From Podarcis filfolensis (lineage: Eukaryota), in assembly GCA_964270895.1 (NCBI GenBank), contig OZ185443.1: a DNA stretch of 64,000 bases; one strand, given 5' to 3'. Below, one piece after another: positions 13,619 to 26,234 of the stretch (within the stretch, counting starts at the first letter, position 1; each line of letters starts with the position of its first letter). Made by a program: the position numbers and the translations under genes. The notes under the pieces are model-generated. The model was not told the DNA's origin and made no database searches. It was given only the letters and a program-made list of their open reading frames with translations.

Positions 13619-13766
13619 NNNNNNNNNNNNNNNNNNNNNNNNNNNNNNNNNNNNNNNNNNNNNNNNNNNNNNNNNNNNNNNNNNNNNNNNNNNNNNNNNN
13701 NNNNNNNNNNNNNNNNNNNNNNNNNNNNNNNNNNNNNNNNNNNNNNNNNNNNNNNNNNNNNNNNNN
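13619..13766. other. Assembly gap (148 N)
   Basis: Run of n characters. Confidence 1.
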
Positions 13767-15014
13767 AAAGCAAAAGAATGTGGTTTTGCACTTTAGGGTA
13801 GGGATATCACTTTAGGGTAGGGAATTTCACTTGTGTGTTGAAATTCTTTTGGTCACACAATTGTTAAAGGTACCCGAACCTTGCTAGAAAAGAAAATGGG
13901 AGCATACCCTGCTTTTTGGTGGTAATAATAATAAGTACTAATAATGTTGATTAGAGGAAAAAATGCAGTTGTTCTTAGCTATGGTTAGTAACAACAAGCC
14001 AACTTCAAGCAATCATTTGTGAAGATGGCTTGTTTTCACTAACCATAGTCAAATTTAAGCATGTTTAGGATTCAGACAACATGCTAAACTGTGGTTAAGT
14101 GGGGGAGGGAAGAGGAGGAGGGGAGCACAAGCCAGAGGGAGGCCACATTCATTCTCATAAGGGCCGATTTTCACCAGTTTCACCATTTTGCTACATCAAA
14201 TATCAGTGCTTTTTGCAAAACACATGACCCCATAGGCATAGGTTATAGAGGTTTTGCTTCAAAGGCCTAGTGTTGAATGCTAGCTATTTGGAAACCACAT
14301 AACTGCCCATGATGCCAATGTAATATTAGCAGCCCTGGATACTTAAATGCATCACAGACTTGTTTTTTCATTGTTTTTTCAATTGCTGAGTTCCTCTGAA
14401 AATATAACAGAAGAGGGAAAGAAAGGCACCAAACACAGGATCAAAAGGGGAGGAGACTTCAAAAGCATACAGAAAATAATGCGGTGCTCAATGAATTTAT
14501 TCCTCTCTTTCAGAAAGGGACCAAAACTGCATTTTGTAGTATCTCAAAAAGCAGGGAAAGGCATGGTGTGGAATAGTTTGAAATCAGGGTTGACCCTGAG
14601 AAAGAATAGTTATACTAAAAATGTGTTGGGTAATAAATTATCTTCTGCACAGCTTTTGAGAGCTCCTGCCTTATCATTCCTCTAGCAAGTTAAACCCCAA
14701 TTCCTCCGCTTTCCAAGAGCTCTGCTGCTTTCCTCTGTTTATGGAGAAAAATGTAAAGAAGTTAGCAGTCAAAGCCAGGAGGTACACAGTATTCCTTGTG
14801 CTCATATGTTTTTACTCTTCAGAATGTATATTATTTTTAGCAGTAGCTTTAGAAATATGTACTTAGAAATAATACCAAAAAATATGTATTTGATCCTAAA
14901 AGGCGCTTTGTATCAAACAAGTGTGCTATTTCAAATATCTCAAAGCAGAAGTTGAAAGTTCTACATTTTAGTATGCCATGTGTCAAAATCTATAGGTATT
15001 TATTTTGCAAAATT

Positions 15015-15210
15015 TATACACTGCCTGTTTGTAAAAACAACAATGACCTCAAAGCAGTTTACCAAAAGATAAAATCAATAAAAAATACAATACTTTAAAA
15101 CGTATAAAAAGTTAAAATACCAAAACAGGTTTAAAACTCACACCAACATATTTAAAGCCTCTGGGTAAGCTTGCCTAAACAATAATGTTTTTACCAGGCA
15201 TCATAGGTGT
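15015..15210 (-). mobile_element. L2 3' end fragment
   Basis: TTTATACACTGCC...AAAGCAGTTTAC...GCTTGCCTAAACAATAATGTTTTTACC. Confidence 0.5.
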
Positions 15211-16773
15211 GATGATGCTTATCCTTCATCTTGAGTTAGAGGCTCTTAAGCCAACTCAGAGTTTAACTATTATAGAAAGCCCCTCCCCTCCAAAACAAAC
15301 AAACCCTGCAGCCATCCGTGCTGAGGTTGTGGCACAGGAAGAAGAGGCAACACCACCTGCCTTCCTCTCTACTTCCTGGCTACTGTCAACAGCAATGCAC
15401 AATGCCTGGGAAACTGGAACACCACAACAAGATGGGAAGGGAAGTCATTGGAGAGCCACTTTGAGAGTAGAGAGGCACAGAATCTCTTTACTCGGGATCC
15501 CCTGTATCTTGTGAGATTTGGAAGCGAAAATACAGGGAGGCCTATATAAGGCCTTATCACATGTGGCTTGGCCTCAGTTGACCAGAGATTCCAGGCAAGC
15601 AGTCTGCAAACATAGATAGATGCACTGCTCAACAGAACAAGCTGAAGCTGCTATTTACCACATAACCATATTGGTGGTAGTCCTGGCTCAGATCCCCTCC
15701 CCAATGCTTGCTTTTAACTTTAAATAATATGTGGGAGATCCAGTTGAGGACCTCTCTCTGTGCCCAGTCTAGTTTGGCCCCAAGTCCAGGGTAAAAAAGA
15801 GGAGCAAATACATTTTTAAAGATGTCATATTGATACCCTGGCAAAGTGCTATTCCTCAATTAGCATTACAGCTTTGCTTTATTCAGTATGTCAGAAAGCA
15901 GCATGCATGGCCTCATGGATATCTGTCATTTCATCAAAGGAAGGCTATCAAATGTTGCTTGTTACAAGGAACTGCCCACCCAAGAGGCCCATATTGCACA
16001 GGGTTGGGTGTGCAATTCATAATAGACATTTTTCTATGTTGGGTTTGTCACATCATTGATTGAAAAGTATCAATTACTTGGGGGGGAATAGAGCGGTTTG
16101 GGGGGGCAGCCCTTGTTTTGTTGAGCCCTTTTAGTTATTTCTGAGTCTGCTTTTGGCTCCCAAGGTGCTTATATTCCATGTTCTCTGTCAAAATAACTCT
16201 CAGTGAGGCTTACAACTAGTGCAGTTTTATGAAATTCTGCAAGAAAATCTAAAATCTAAAATGAGACATCACTGAAACAGCTCAGCAACATGAGTGCTGC
16301 ATCAAAAACAACTCTAAATGTTTTTCAGTAATGAATGTTAGATCATACATGTCCATCCCTGAAATATATTTAGAGCACTTTTTCCTTTAAAACAAATTAT
16401 GTTTTTTCCCAACATCTGTTTGTATGCATGTTGCATGCATGAGTACAGTTGTGCAAATTCTGCGTTTTTTTAAAAAGAAAACCCCATACCTTCAGCTGAC
16501 AGTTTGTATTCCCCCCACCCCCCAAAAAAGCATATAAAGAGAGGAGGCATGTGTAAATTAGTACCAGGACAAAAAATGGAGATATGTATCCAGGGTTCTA
16601 TTTTTGATTGAGACCTCAGTTGCCTCTTTATTTATGCACACACAACTTATTACATTTTGACAGTGCAGATCAAGTAGCACAATTTTTTACTGTCCTGCTT
16701 ACACACATAGCTGTATGGAGTTGCTGTATTACTTTTTTGGGGGGACAGCTTTTTAAATATGTATAGTGTATAG

Positions 16774-17025
16774 CAGGGGTGGGCAACCTAAGGCCCGTGG
16801 GCCGGATGCAGCCCAATCACCTTCTAAATCCGGCCTGCGTACAGTCCGGGAATCAGCATGTTTTTACATGAATAGAATCTGTCCTTTTATTTAAAATGCA
16901 TCTCTGGGTTATTTGGGAGGCATAGGAATTTGTTCATTATTTTTTTTCCAAAATATAGTCCGGCCCACCACATGGTCAGAGGGACGGTGGACCAGCCCAC
17001 AGCTGAAAAAGGTTGCTGACCCCTG
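16774..17025. mobile_element. hAT (Charlie-like) MITE
   Basis: TIRs CAGGGGTGGGCAACCT / AGGTTGCTGACCCCTG; 8-bp TSD gtgtatag/gtgtatgg. Confidence 0.85.
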
Positions 17026-17171
17026 GTGTATGGGCTTACCTTATTACAAAAATCAGAAAGGCAACATTGGCTCACCAGCCTGTTATCAGGCTCTGGTGGG
17101 TTACCAGGATTCTGCACAGATGTTGTGCCAGTTGGCAAGTTAACAAACTAGTTGAACGAACCTGTTTCACA

Positions 17172-17527
17172 GAATCAGAATTATAGAGTTGGAAGGGATC
17201 CCAATGGCATCTAGTTCAACCCCCTGCAGTGCATCAACAGCAGCTAAGGAATCCCTGACAGATGACCATCCAACCTCTATTTAAAAACCTCCAATGGAGA
17301 GTCCACCACCTTTTGAAGTAGTCCATTCCCCTGTCAAACAGCTCTTACTGTCAAAGTTATTCCTTAATGTTTAGTCAGAATCTCCATTCTTCTAATTTGA
17401 ATTCAGTGATCCAGATTCTATGCTCTGGAGCAGCAGAAACAAGCTTGCTCCATCATCCATATGATGGCCCTTCAGATATATTTGAAGATGGCTATCATAT
17501 CACATCTCAGCCATCTCTTCTTCAGCC
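17172..17527 (-). mobile_element. CR1 LINE 3' end
   Basis: AGAATTATAGAGTTGGAAGGGATCC ... CTGTCAAACAGCTCTTACTGTC ... GAAGATGGCTATCATATC. Confidence 0.75.
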
Positions 17528-18031
17528 CCTTTGGGTTCCATCAGTCAACCAGCTGCAGTTGTACACAATGTTAGATTGTGTCAAAAGCTTATCTACATGT
17601 AAGTCTAGATATAGGACATTCTCCACAAATTTCTGTAGCAGTTCCTTTTAGTCATAATAACTAAATGGAGTCTCCATATTCAGAGACACCTTTGAGCTAG
17701 ATGCCTTCCTATATCCATGCCCTCTCCCCCCCCCCCAAAAAAATACATTTGACTCAATTCAGATGGAATGGTCTCAATCTGATAAATTATGGCTTGTTGA
17801 ACTAAAAATGAGGGTTATGCCACAGTGCTTCCTTCCTACCTTAGTGCAAGACTTCCAGAGTTTCCTGTTATATCCAGTTTCCTATATACATATAAACAGT
17901 GCTTTAAACACAGACTGAAGTCCTCTTGTTTGTGAACTGGTGCAATCTGTGGTTAGCAATTTTCGCTAGCCTTAACCACAGTTCTCTGATTTTTATGTAA
18001 GGAGTTCTGGAAACCTTGCATCAAATCATTC

Positions 18032-18033
<2 letters not shown>

Positions 18034-18075
<42 letters not shown>

Positions 18076-18113
18076 GGAAGGAAGGAAGGAAGGAAGGAAG
18101 GAAGGAAGGAAGG
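18034..18113. repeat. Compound microsatellite (GA)n(GGAA)n
   Basis: Seen directly. Confidence 0.97.
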
Positions 18114-20213
18114 ACACTTCTCTTTCTCAGACTGATAAACCACATTTTATCTGACCAAGAATATTGTACTTGAACCAAGCTTTTCAATTAATCATGGAAC
18201 AAAAACTGGAGACAGAAAGTAATAAGCTTTGTGCATGGTAGTTATCCATCATCTTTATGAGTAAACACAGAAAAATAAACACAGAAAAGTGCTACAAAGC
18301 CAGAAATGTTAGCATTTGACTACTGACGTGGACGGTATGGTATGGTGAATGAAAGAGGGGAATCCTGGGGATGCTTGCTCTAACACTAATGCATTTACTG
18401 TTGCACAGTTAACACAAATTGTGATGTTCAGCTGGTGGAAACTGATAGCATCTGAGCTTACAAGCTGGCACTCTGAGCAGTATGTAAGTTCAGGGCATTT
18501 GTTCTGTGGATCTGAAAAAAACCTAAAGGAATGTCAGGAACGGCAATTTCTGAATTTGTGTGTAAGAAATTTACTTTAAATATTTTATCTCATCTTTGAT
18601 TCCATACTGTCTCATGGTGACTAATTTAAAAATGTAACTCATAAAGAAATTATAACTAACAAAAAACAGCAGCTACCAAAGTAGCAGATAAAAAGAATTG
18701 TGCCATGGCAAAAAGGAAGATGCTCAGCAGTGGTGTCAAATGGAAAATCACTTGTTCTTCTAGTGTTCACCTAATTCCACTTGGAATATGGGATGTAAGA
18801 TGTTATTTGAGACTCCTGCCGCTTCTGATGAGAATAATTTTGCTAGAAACTTGTCCTGAAAGGTGAAGCTGGGGGTGTACAATTGCAAAAAGCTCTGAGC
18901 AGAAATTCTTGTTTCTTGCTGCCCTCTACAGCACAATAAGTGAATCAAAAGGATGTGTCCCATGATGACTGTGGGGAAAGGGCTGCTTTATTTGACTATG
19001 TATTGATGGTGCTCTAAAAAGTTGTTCATCACTTTAAAGAGTTGCACACTAAAGACAGACCCTCAGTGGAAGCACCCAATCAGCTGTAGCTGCCTTCTTC
19101 ACAAACCATCACCACTGGGGGTAAATCAGTGTGCTGAATGAATATCAAATTGCCAGGAAAATAAATATGAATAACATATAATTTATTATTTCATTCATTA
19201 CTGCCCTTCCTCCAAGGAGCTAGAGGCAGTGTATGTGGTCCATCCTTCCATCCTTCCTTTAATTTTTTTTATTCTCAAAACAACAACATAGGAAATTAGT
19301 TGAAAGGAAGTGGTCGAAGGTCACCCAGTGAGCTTTATGAGTTAAAGGGGTTTGAACTAGGTCATCTCACTCCAAATTCAACACTCTCTAACTACTTCAT
19401 CATGATTATTCAGACACCTGATTATTTATTGAAAGGGGACATGGGAATGGGTGACTACATTTATTCTCCCATCCCTGAAAAGTCATACATGCTGTCCAAA
19501 ATTGACAGCACTAGCTGCCTGTCTGACCAAGTACCATGAACTCACCCTAGATGCTGTATATGGCTCCCATTTCTCCAAATAACATTTTTCTTCAAGTGTC
19601 AGGTAGTGATGCAGAACTTTTCACACACAGAGACGCACCTGTCAGTACTATATGAGTAGCTTATTTTATAATGGCTGAAGGAGGTGGTTGGGCTATCATC
19701 ATCCTGCATACTACTTCAGAATGCTTGACTTCAAAATGCAAAATTAACATGCTTTCCTTGGGTGGTCCAAATTCTGCCCCAAATCGTGCATTTACCTATC
19801 ATTGAGAGTTACATAGATCCTGAAAAAGAAAGCATATATACTGCATCCCCGAATGCAACCAAACATGCTTCTATTTGTTGTATAATAGTGCTTTTTTTTA
19901 AAAAAAAGAAACAGCAGCACAAAGTAATCTGATGTAATCTTCTTAAAAACCCATCATATTTTCTGTATTGTGTGTACACAACAATCCTTTGGAGGACAAG
20001 CTGAAAAGGAGGAGTTCAAACAACCACAGTGTGACAACTCTCAAATCAAATCTCACTTCACCATGAAGCCCCCTCCATCCCTTTGTTTTTGTTTCACTCT
20101 TTCTTTCCTATTATTTGTGTTAATGTCTGTGTGTCATCAATGTGCCATGTCATTTCCAACACTTTGATCAGTGTGTGCCTTTTCCTCCCCTTTCTCCTTC
20201 ACAATTCTTCCAG

Positions 20214-20297
20214 ACGGGTCGCATAAACCCAGATGACATAGATTTAGAAAATGAACCCTGGTATAAATTCTTTTCTGAGCTGGAGTTTGGACGCCCG
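20214..20297 (+). CDS. SORBS2: Cassette exon TGRINPDDIDLENEPWYKFFSELEFGRP (phase 0-0)
   Basis: ttcttccag|ACG ... CCG|gtaagt; 84 nt; recognisable SORBS2 alternative exon. Confidence 0.93.
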
Positions 20298-21324
20298 GTA
20301 AGTGAGGCTAGAATATTAATAGATAAACTTTAGGAAATAAGATGCAGTTTATACTTTTCTAGATCAAATTGCCTAGATTCCAGACATGCTTCAGTGACTT
20401 AAAAAAGGAATAATAGATGCACACCGTCAAAGGTCTCGTGTGTTAGATATTGTGGTTGTGGTATATACATTTGGAATGTTTGAAGAAAATCCACTAAAGC
20501 TCAGAGTATGTTTCATAATAATGGCTCACCAAACTGAACTTCCTTTAATAGTTTTTCCTGAGCCCTTTACTATTGAAAACAGAGATGATCACTAATTTGG
20601 AGTACTGATTCCTGAGACTAATATCTAGATGACAAGAAAAACATAGTATGTTACACTTTTTATTAAAGTTTTACTATGCTTGTTTTAATAATGAAATTGA
20701 TCATTACTCTAAATAGACCCTAAGAGATTTTCTGTCATAGTTGCAGAAACACAAAATCAGTGATAATGAAATAAGTAGAGAAAGAGACCACCATCTTCCA
20801 CACTGCACCACAATGTTAACAGAAATGCCAAATACAGAGGATGAGTATGTCTGGGTCTGTACCTTAGTCTGGTAGGTGATGATCAGTGTAGTTTGTATCA
20901 GAATTCAAAGAGCAAATTACCGAAGCATCCCTAGCTGTTCATTCAAGTCCAACAAAATGAATGAAGGTGGAAGGGAGAGAAGCAGAACTTTGCACCCCAG
21001 AACACTTTTCCCTCACCCTAAAAATCAGCAGAGATCTAAATAGGAGCTGGTGATATATTTGAATGGTTTTTCTTGACATCCGTTTGTCTTGTAAGAATGA
21101 AGGCGGCTGATTTTAAACTAGGCAAGGGTTTAATAAGATGGTTGTATACTTTCTGTTGCACATTCTCCACATTCACTATTCCCCACATTTTTGTTATGTT
21201 TGTGCCACTCTTGTAATCTGTCCACACTCAGTTTCTAACTATGTTCACCTTCTCCACATGTTCCATTCCTTGCTGCCATTGATTCTCCTCCATTTCTTCT
21301 CGCAATTCTGCTAAAATGATGCAG

Positions 21325-21381
21325 CCTCCTAAAAAGCTTTTGGATTATGTTCAAGACAATCCTCCAGGTCTTTCCAATGAG
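21325..21381 (+). CDS. SORBS2: Cassette exon PPKKLLDYVQDNPPGLSNE (phase 0-0)
   Basis: gatgcag|CCT ... GAG|gtaaat; 57 nt; resembles mammalian PPKKPLDYVQD as recalled. Confidence 0.9.
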
Positions 21382-22822
21382 GTAAATTAAGCATGTTTCT
21401 TCTTTCAATGATTAAAACTCGGGAACGGCATACATCATGAGTTCTCTTTCACTTGGTTTCTATGTAGTGCTCACAGACACAACACCCTATAAACAGCCCT
21501 TCTAATTAAGTACAATTATAACTTGGTTTCTTTCTAGCATCAGTGGAGGGTCCCTCATACGGGCAATGGGGCAGCACACTGCACTCTCTTGTCCTGACTT
21601 GGGCATACAAGACATACGTGCTTCTCCACAAAGGTCCATTCTGACTGCTGCACATGCTCATTGCTCTTCTTCTGACCTGTTCTGTGTCTTGCCGCCGCCT
21701 CTGTGCCTTCCCCTCTTTTTCTCAAGGGAAAGAACTAGGTGGTGTTGTTCTTCAGTGTGAAATTGCCTTAAGCAGGATGTCCAGATCCAGTGCTCTGCTT
21801 ATTTACCCTGGAATTTCTGGGATTTGCACAGTGGACACAAATCAGGACACAGGGGTTGGAGTTTTGGTGGAATGTTGTTGCTGGTGGCTGCTCCCAGCAA
21901 GTCATGTTGCCTAGGAGTACAGCTAGACAGCAGCAAGAGAGGGAGAGGTTGGTAGCTGGCATCTCTCAGCAGACCAGTGGCACATGTGAGAGGAATGGAT
22001 TGGAGGAATCAAGACAAGGAAAAGCAGAGACTAGGCAATTTGGCAGTGGCCCCTCTCTCTAATCCAGCAGCATAGAAAGTAGAAGGCAATTCTTGTCATC
22101 TAGAGTAGACAATATGCACATCCTCCGATTTGAGAGCCTTGGTATCCTTCGTGTATCAGAATGTAACAGAGTGTAGCAGTATGAATATTTTACAGTTTAG
22201 CAGGACCAGAAAACGAGCCTTCAAAATGAAACAAACAGGACTGTTTTGGTAATATTCAAATACCTCGATGATGTTCTCCAGGTACCGTTAACTTGCACTA
22301 TTGTATATCTCCTTTTCACTTTTAAAAATAAAATTTGGTGATGATTTGGTGATGCATTTTGCAGCTGCAAATGACAGCTGCAAATCAGTCAGTACCTGCC
22401 CCCGAACAGGCAATTTATAATGAGCAAATTAGTTTGCTCAATGTCAGAAAGATTGTGAAAACAGTTTTCCCTTGAGACATTAAATTCAGCAGGAAATGTA
22501 TTTCCACCTTGCTTAAAGGAAAACGAGGCCTATTTATTTTAGAAAATGCAAAGTTAAACAGTTCTGACGTTTTCTCTCTCTTTTGTTGTCAGTTTAAAAC
22601 AAGGCAGTGGTTTAAGATTTCCATGAGACAGCAAGAAAAGATAGGGACAGCATCGAGGGGGTGGAATGGGAAGCAATTTGAAGAAACATTTAAAATGCTG
22701 AATCATTTCCTGAAGCAATTCTAAATAGAGTAGCCACCATAATTTGCCCCTATCAAAATACAAGACAGATATGGAGGTTTCTGTATGTCTCAGGAAATCT
22801 TGAGGGAAACTTAGTACCCTTC

Positions 22823-22883
22823 ATTGCAGAAAGTTGGACTAGATGACCCTCGAGGTCCCTTCCAACTCTACAATTCTATGATT
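22823..22883 (+). mobile_element. CR1 or CR1-tailed SINE 3' terminus
   Basis: GTTGGACTAGATGACCCTCGAGGTCCCTTCCAACTCTACAATTCTATGATT. Confidence 0.75.
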
Positions 22884-23757
22884 AGCCAAATTTCTTGGAG
22901 ATGTGTGGTTTTCATATCTCTTCATTGTTCATGAAATGCAGTATAAGCAACATTTGAAATTATTTGGGCGGTCGTATGTAGGCAATGTTACACATTCAGG
23001 CAAGAATCTTGGCTTAAGGAAATGTTTTGTGCATGAGATGGATGCAGGCTGGCCCTACCTTTAGGCAGAGTGAGGCATAGGGAATAGCCACAAGGTTCTA
23101 AAGAATAGAGCAGTGCATACCATACAGCTTGCCGTTTCCCCCAGGTGGGGTAGACCATACTGTCCTACTGCAAGTGTTAACGTAAGATTCAGCTGCCTGT
23201 CAAATGAGCTTCTGGAGAGAGAATCTTAGCCTTCACTCCCAGCAGTAAATGGAATTGGTCAGCCCTGGCTGCATGCTGATGCACAAGCAGTTAAACAAAA
23301 CAGGAAAGGTATCACTTAATATTCATTTAAACCCAGAAGGATGGTTTATTTCTCTTTAACAAATCAACCTTAAATCAAGGTTTGTTCTTGGTTTATGAAT
23401 CCTGGCTTGTTAGGGAGAAACAAACCACTATTCTATATTGTTAAGTAAGCTATCACCTTCATTATTTGTTTATTCATTTCCATGAAGCAATGAAATTGGT
23501 GACTAAACTCAAATAAGTTTTTCACATCTCCAATTCTAAAGCTTTTTTCTCTGCAAACTCCACTGGAATAATTCTCATTTCATCATATGCTGAAGACACA
23601 TTTCTTTACCTTGGTCTTTGATACCTGAGAGATGTTTTAGGACCTACCCTATTCTTTTTTGATAGACATTTGCTTAAACTGATTTTAATATTATGTTTTT
23701 ATATTTTTTAAAACTTGCCCTGGGACCTTATGGTGGAGGGTGGGTAAGAAATCTAAA

Positions 23758-23943
23758 TACCGTATTTACTAGAGTCTAATGTGCCATCGAATCAAATGCA
23801 CACCTCAATTTTCAGAACCTTGAAACCAAAAAAAGTATTTGCTGACAAATGTAAATGTGCTATTGAATCCAATGCAAACCTTAATTTTTGCAACGTAATT
23901 TGGCAAAAAAAAAGGTGATCATTAGATTTGAGTAAATACGGTA
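23758..23943. mobile_element. Tc2-like MITE
   Basis: TA|CCGTATTTACTAGAGTCTAAT ... ATTAGATTTGAGTAAATACGG|TA. Confidence 0.8.
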
Positions 23944-24244
23944 ATAATAAATAATAATAATAATAATACACATAGTGTCTTGTCTCATCAGCATCTATTT
24001 CCTGATCAAATTGGTGTGTGTGAACTTTCTTAAAATGTTACACTTTTAAAGTGCATACTAAATTAATGTTGATCATTTTCTAGGTTTCAACTGCATTTCT
24101 ATTATGTTCAAAGATACTACTTCTCTGCCTTTAAAATATGATCTTGGATACTTGTTGATAACGACTTCTGCATAACTTGGTTTCCAAGGGAAAAATTTGG
24201 AGATGTTGAAAATGTGTATGCTGCTTTGGTATTTTAGCTCCCAC

Positions 24245-24634
24245 AGGAGGCAGTGATGGCCACCAACTTGGATGGCTTTAAAAGAGGGTTATAATAATAA
24301 TAATTTTATTATTTATACCCCGCCTATCTGGCTGGGTTTCCCCAGTCACTCTGGGCGGCTACCACTAAAAACAGAATAAGACTTCAAACATTAAAAACTT
24401 CCCTAAACAGGGAAATTCGTGAAAGAAATGGCTATTGATGGCTACTAGTCACAGTGACTATGGTCTACCTCCACAGTTGGAGGCAGTAGGTCTCTGAATA
24501 CCAGTTTCTGAGATCTGAAGGAGAGGAGGTACACTTAGGTCTTGCTTGTGGGCTTCCCACAGACCTCTGTGAAAAATGGATGCTAGACTAGATGGGCCAC
24601 TGGCCTGATCCAGCAGGTTCTTCTTATGTACTTA
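24245..24634 (+). mobile_element. CR1-clade LINE 3' fragment split by a nested insertion
   Basis: GATGGCTTTAAAAGAGGGTT ... GGCTACTAG ... CCAGCAGGTTCTTCTTATGTACTTA; similar to 58900-59365. Confidence 0.7.
24291..24412 (-). mobile_element. L2-type 3' end nested in the CR1 fragment
   Basis: (TAA)n, ATTTATACCCCGCC...CTCTGGGCGGCT...CTTCCCTAAACAGGG. Confidence 0.65.
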
Positions 24635-24691
24635 AATATCTCTGATAGATCTTGTTCTCGGGTAACAGATTACTTTTGTGTCTTGTTACTG

Positions 24692-24850
24692 AGGGACTGT
24701 AGCTCAGTAGTGGAGCTCATGCTCCACATTCAGAAGGTGCCAGGTTTAATTCCTAGCTTCTCCAGGTAGCAGGTGATGGGAAAGGCCTGATACCCTGGAG
24801 GTCCATTGTCTGTCAGAATGGACAAAACTGGGTTAGGTGGCAGCTAGCAC
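24692..24850 (+). mobile_element. tRNA-derived SINE
   Basis: A box (GTAGCTCAGTAGTGGAGC) and B box-like GGTTTAATTCC followed by SINE body; no CCA or cloverleaf 3' stem. Confidence 0.65.
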
Positions 24851-26184
24851 ATAACAACTTCATTTGTTTCTGTGTTCTACTATACAATGCATTTGTAATG
24901 AATGCCAGTTGTGGTAAAAGACCTTGATGTCAGTAGTCAGCATGTTTAGGCATCTGGCAAGTGCCTGCAGATTGGCAGGGACTCACTGCTGACTGGATCC
25001 CCCAGAATAGCTACTAACACTATAAGAGGCAGAGCAGATTCAGCAGTCCACTGGCCTTGTCTCCTGCTGGGCTCCCAGTCCCCACTGTTAGGGTGGTGCA
25101 CAGCAACAAGGCGGAGAACGGAACGCAGGAATAGTCTGGTGCCCAGGCTCAATAAATTTTGGAGTTCATTCTGGGTGGGTGGTGATGCAAAATCTCTTTT
25201 GCCGTCTCTCTCGGCACAGCAAAAAAAGAAATTACTGAAGTGATATATAAGAAAATTAAAACGTAAATACGAATACAAGCTCTGCTGTCATTCGCCGAAA
25301 GTAAATGAGTTCACCCAGATGCAATGCAATAGCAGATTGCTTCCTATAATACATTTTATGTGTGATTTCAGCCTGACCTCCTGCTTTTCCACAAAGAACA
25401 GTAGCACACAGTGTGAAAATTCTATTTTCAGTTCCTTGGGTCATCTCTGAAATTACATAGCCTGAATGTAAAATATGCTTAATATGTGAATGCATAGTTT
25501 TGTGCCCATGAAAAGATGTCCCTGGGATAACATGATTCTTTTTCTAGCTCCCACAAACTGTAGTACGATGTGTGTCTAATTCCAGCGCAAGCTTTCACAC
25601 CAGTTAAGTGACTAGATTAAAAATAGTGTGTCACTAAGGACTGAACATATATTGACAAGTTTTAAGTATTTGCATTCCCAAAGGTCATTCGGCTGTCACT
25701 TCTTAAGCAGTGGAAAAAGTCTTTAGGTTGGTAGGACCAACTCTGCTCTTAACATGAAGTTAAGAAGGTCACCAAGTGGCCGTGCAAGTTATAGATGTGT
25801 AAGCTATGTATACAGAGAATTTCAAGCTTTCTTTGACATTAATACTTTGGTAAGTAATTATAGGATATCTCAAGTCTCTCATTTACTGATTGATTAATGT
25901 ATTTATCTGAGGTTTTATAGCTTCCACCTTTTAGCCAATGTAAATCATAGCACCTATCATTTTGGGAACAAGCTTAAAAAGGAACAGTTTGCTGCTTGAC
26001 CTTTCAAGTATTAAATGAGGGACATAAAATTAACTTTGAAAGCTGCCTCACTTCTAATTTTTCAAGCTTCTCTTGGTGTGATAAATTATGGTGTTCCTAT
26101 AGTCATTGCATAGTGATTTCTTATGAATTATACCAGTGAAATCCTATATAAAAGGCTAACTGTCTTGCTTGTTTGTGCCTCCAG

Positions 26185-26234
26185 ACTTCCTTATATTACA
26201 GTCCAACAGATAGAGGCTTGGGCAGACCTTCTAG
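26185..26234 (+). CDS. SORBS2: Exon TSLYYSPTDRGLGRPSS (phase 0-2)
   Basis: cctccag|ACT ... TCTAG|gtaaga; 50 nt; supplies the required phase change. Confidence 0.9.

Noticed and set aside
14686-14781. 96-nt in-frame AG...GT segment
   Set aside because: Weak donor (gtacac) and no recognisable peptide; expected by chance in a 9-kb intron
15185-15514. 109-aa ORF with Pro/Glu content
   Set aside because: Starts in an L2 remnant; no phase-compatible acceptor and donor pair found
25617-25626. Isolated MEF2-like TTAAAAATAG (also CTAAAAATAA at 39855)
   Set aside because: Common by chance in AT-rich DNA without a supporting cluster
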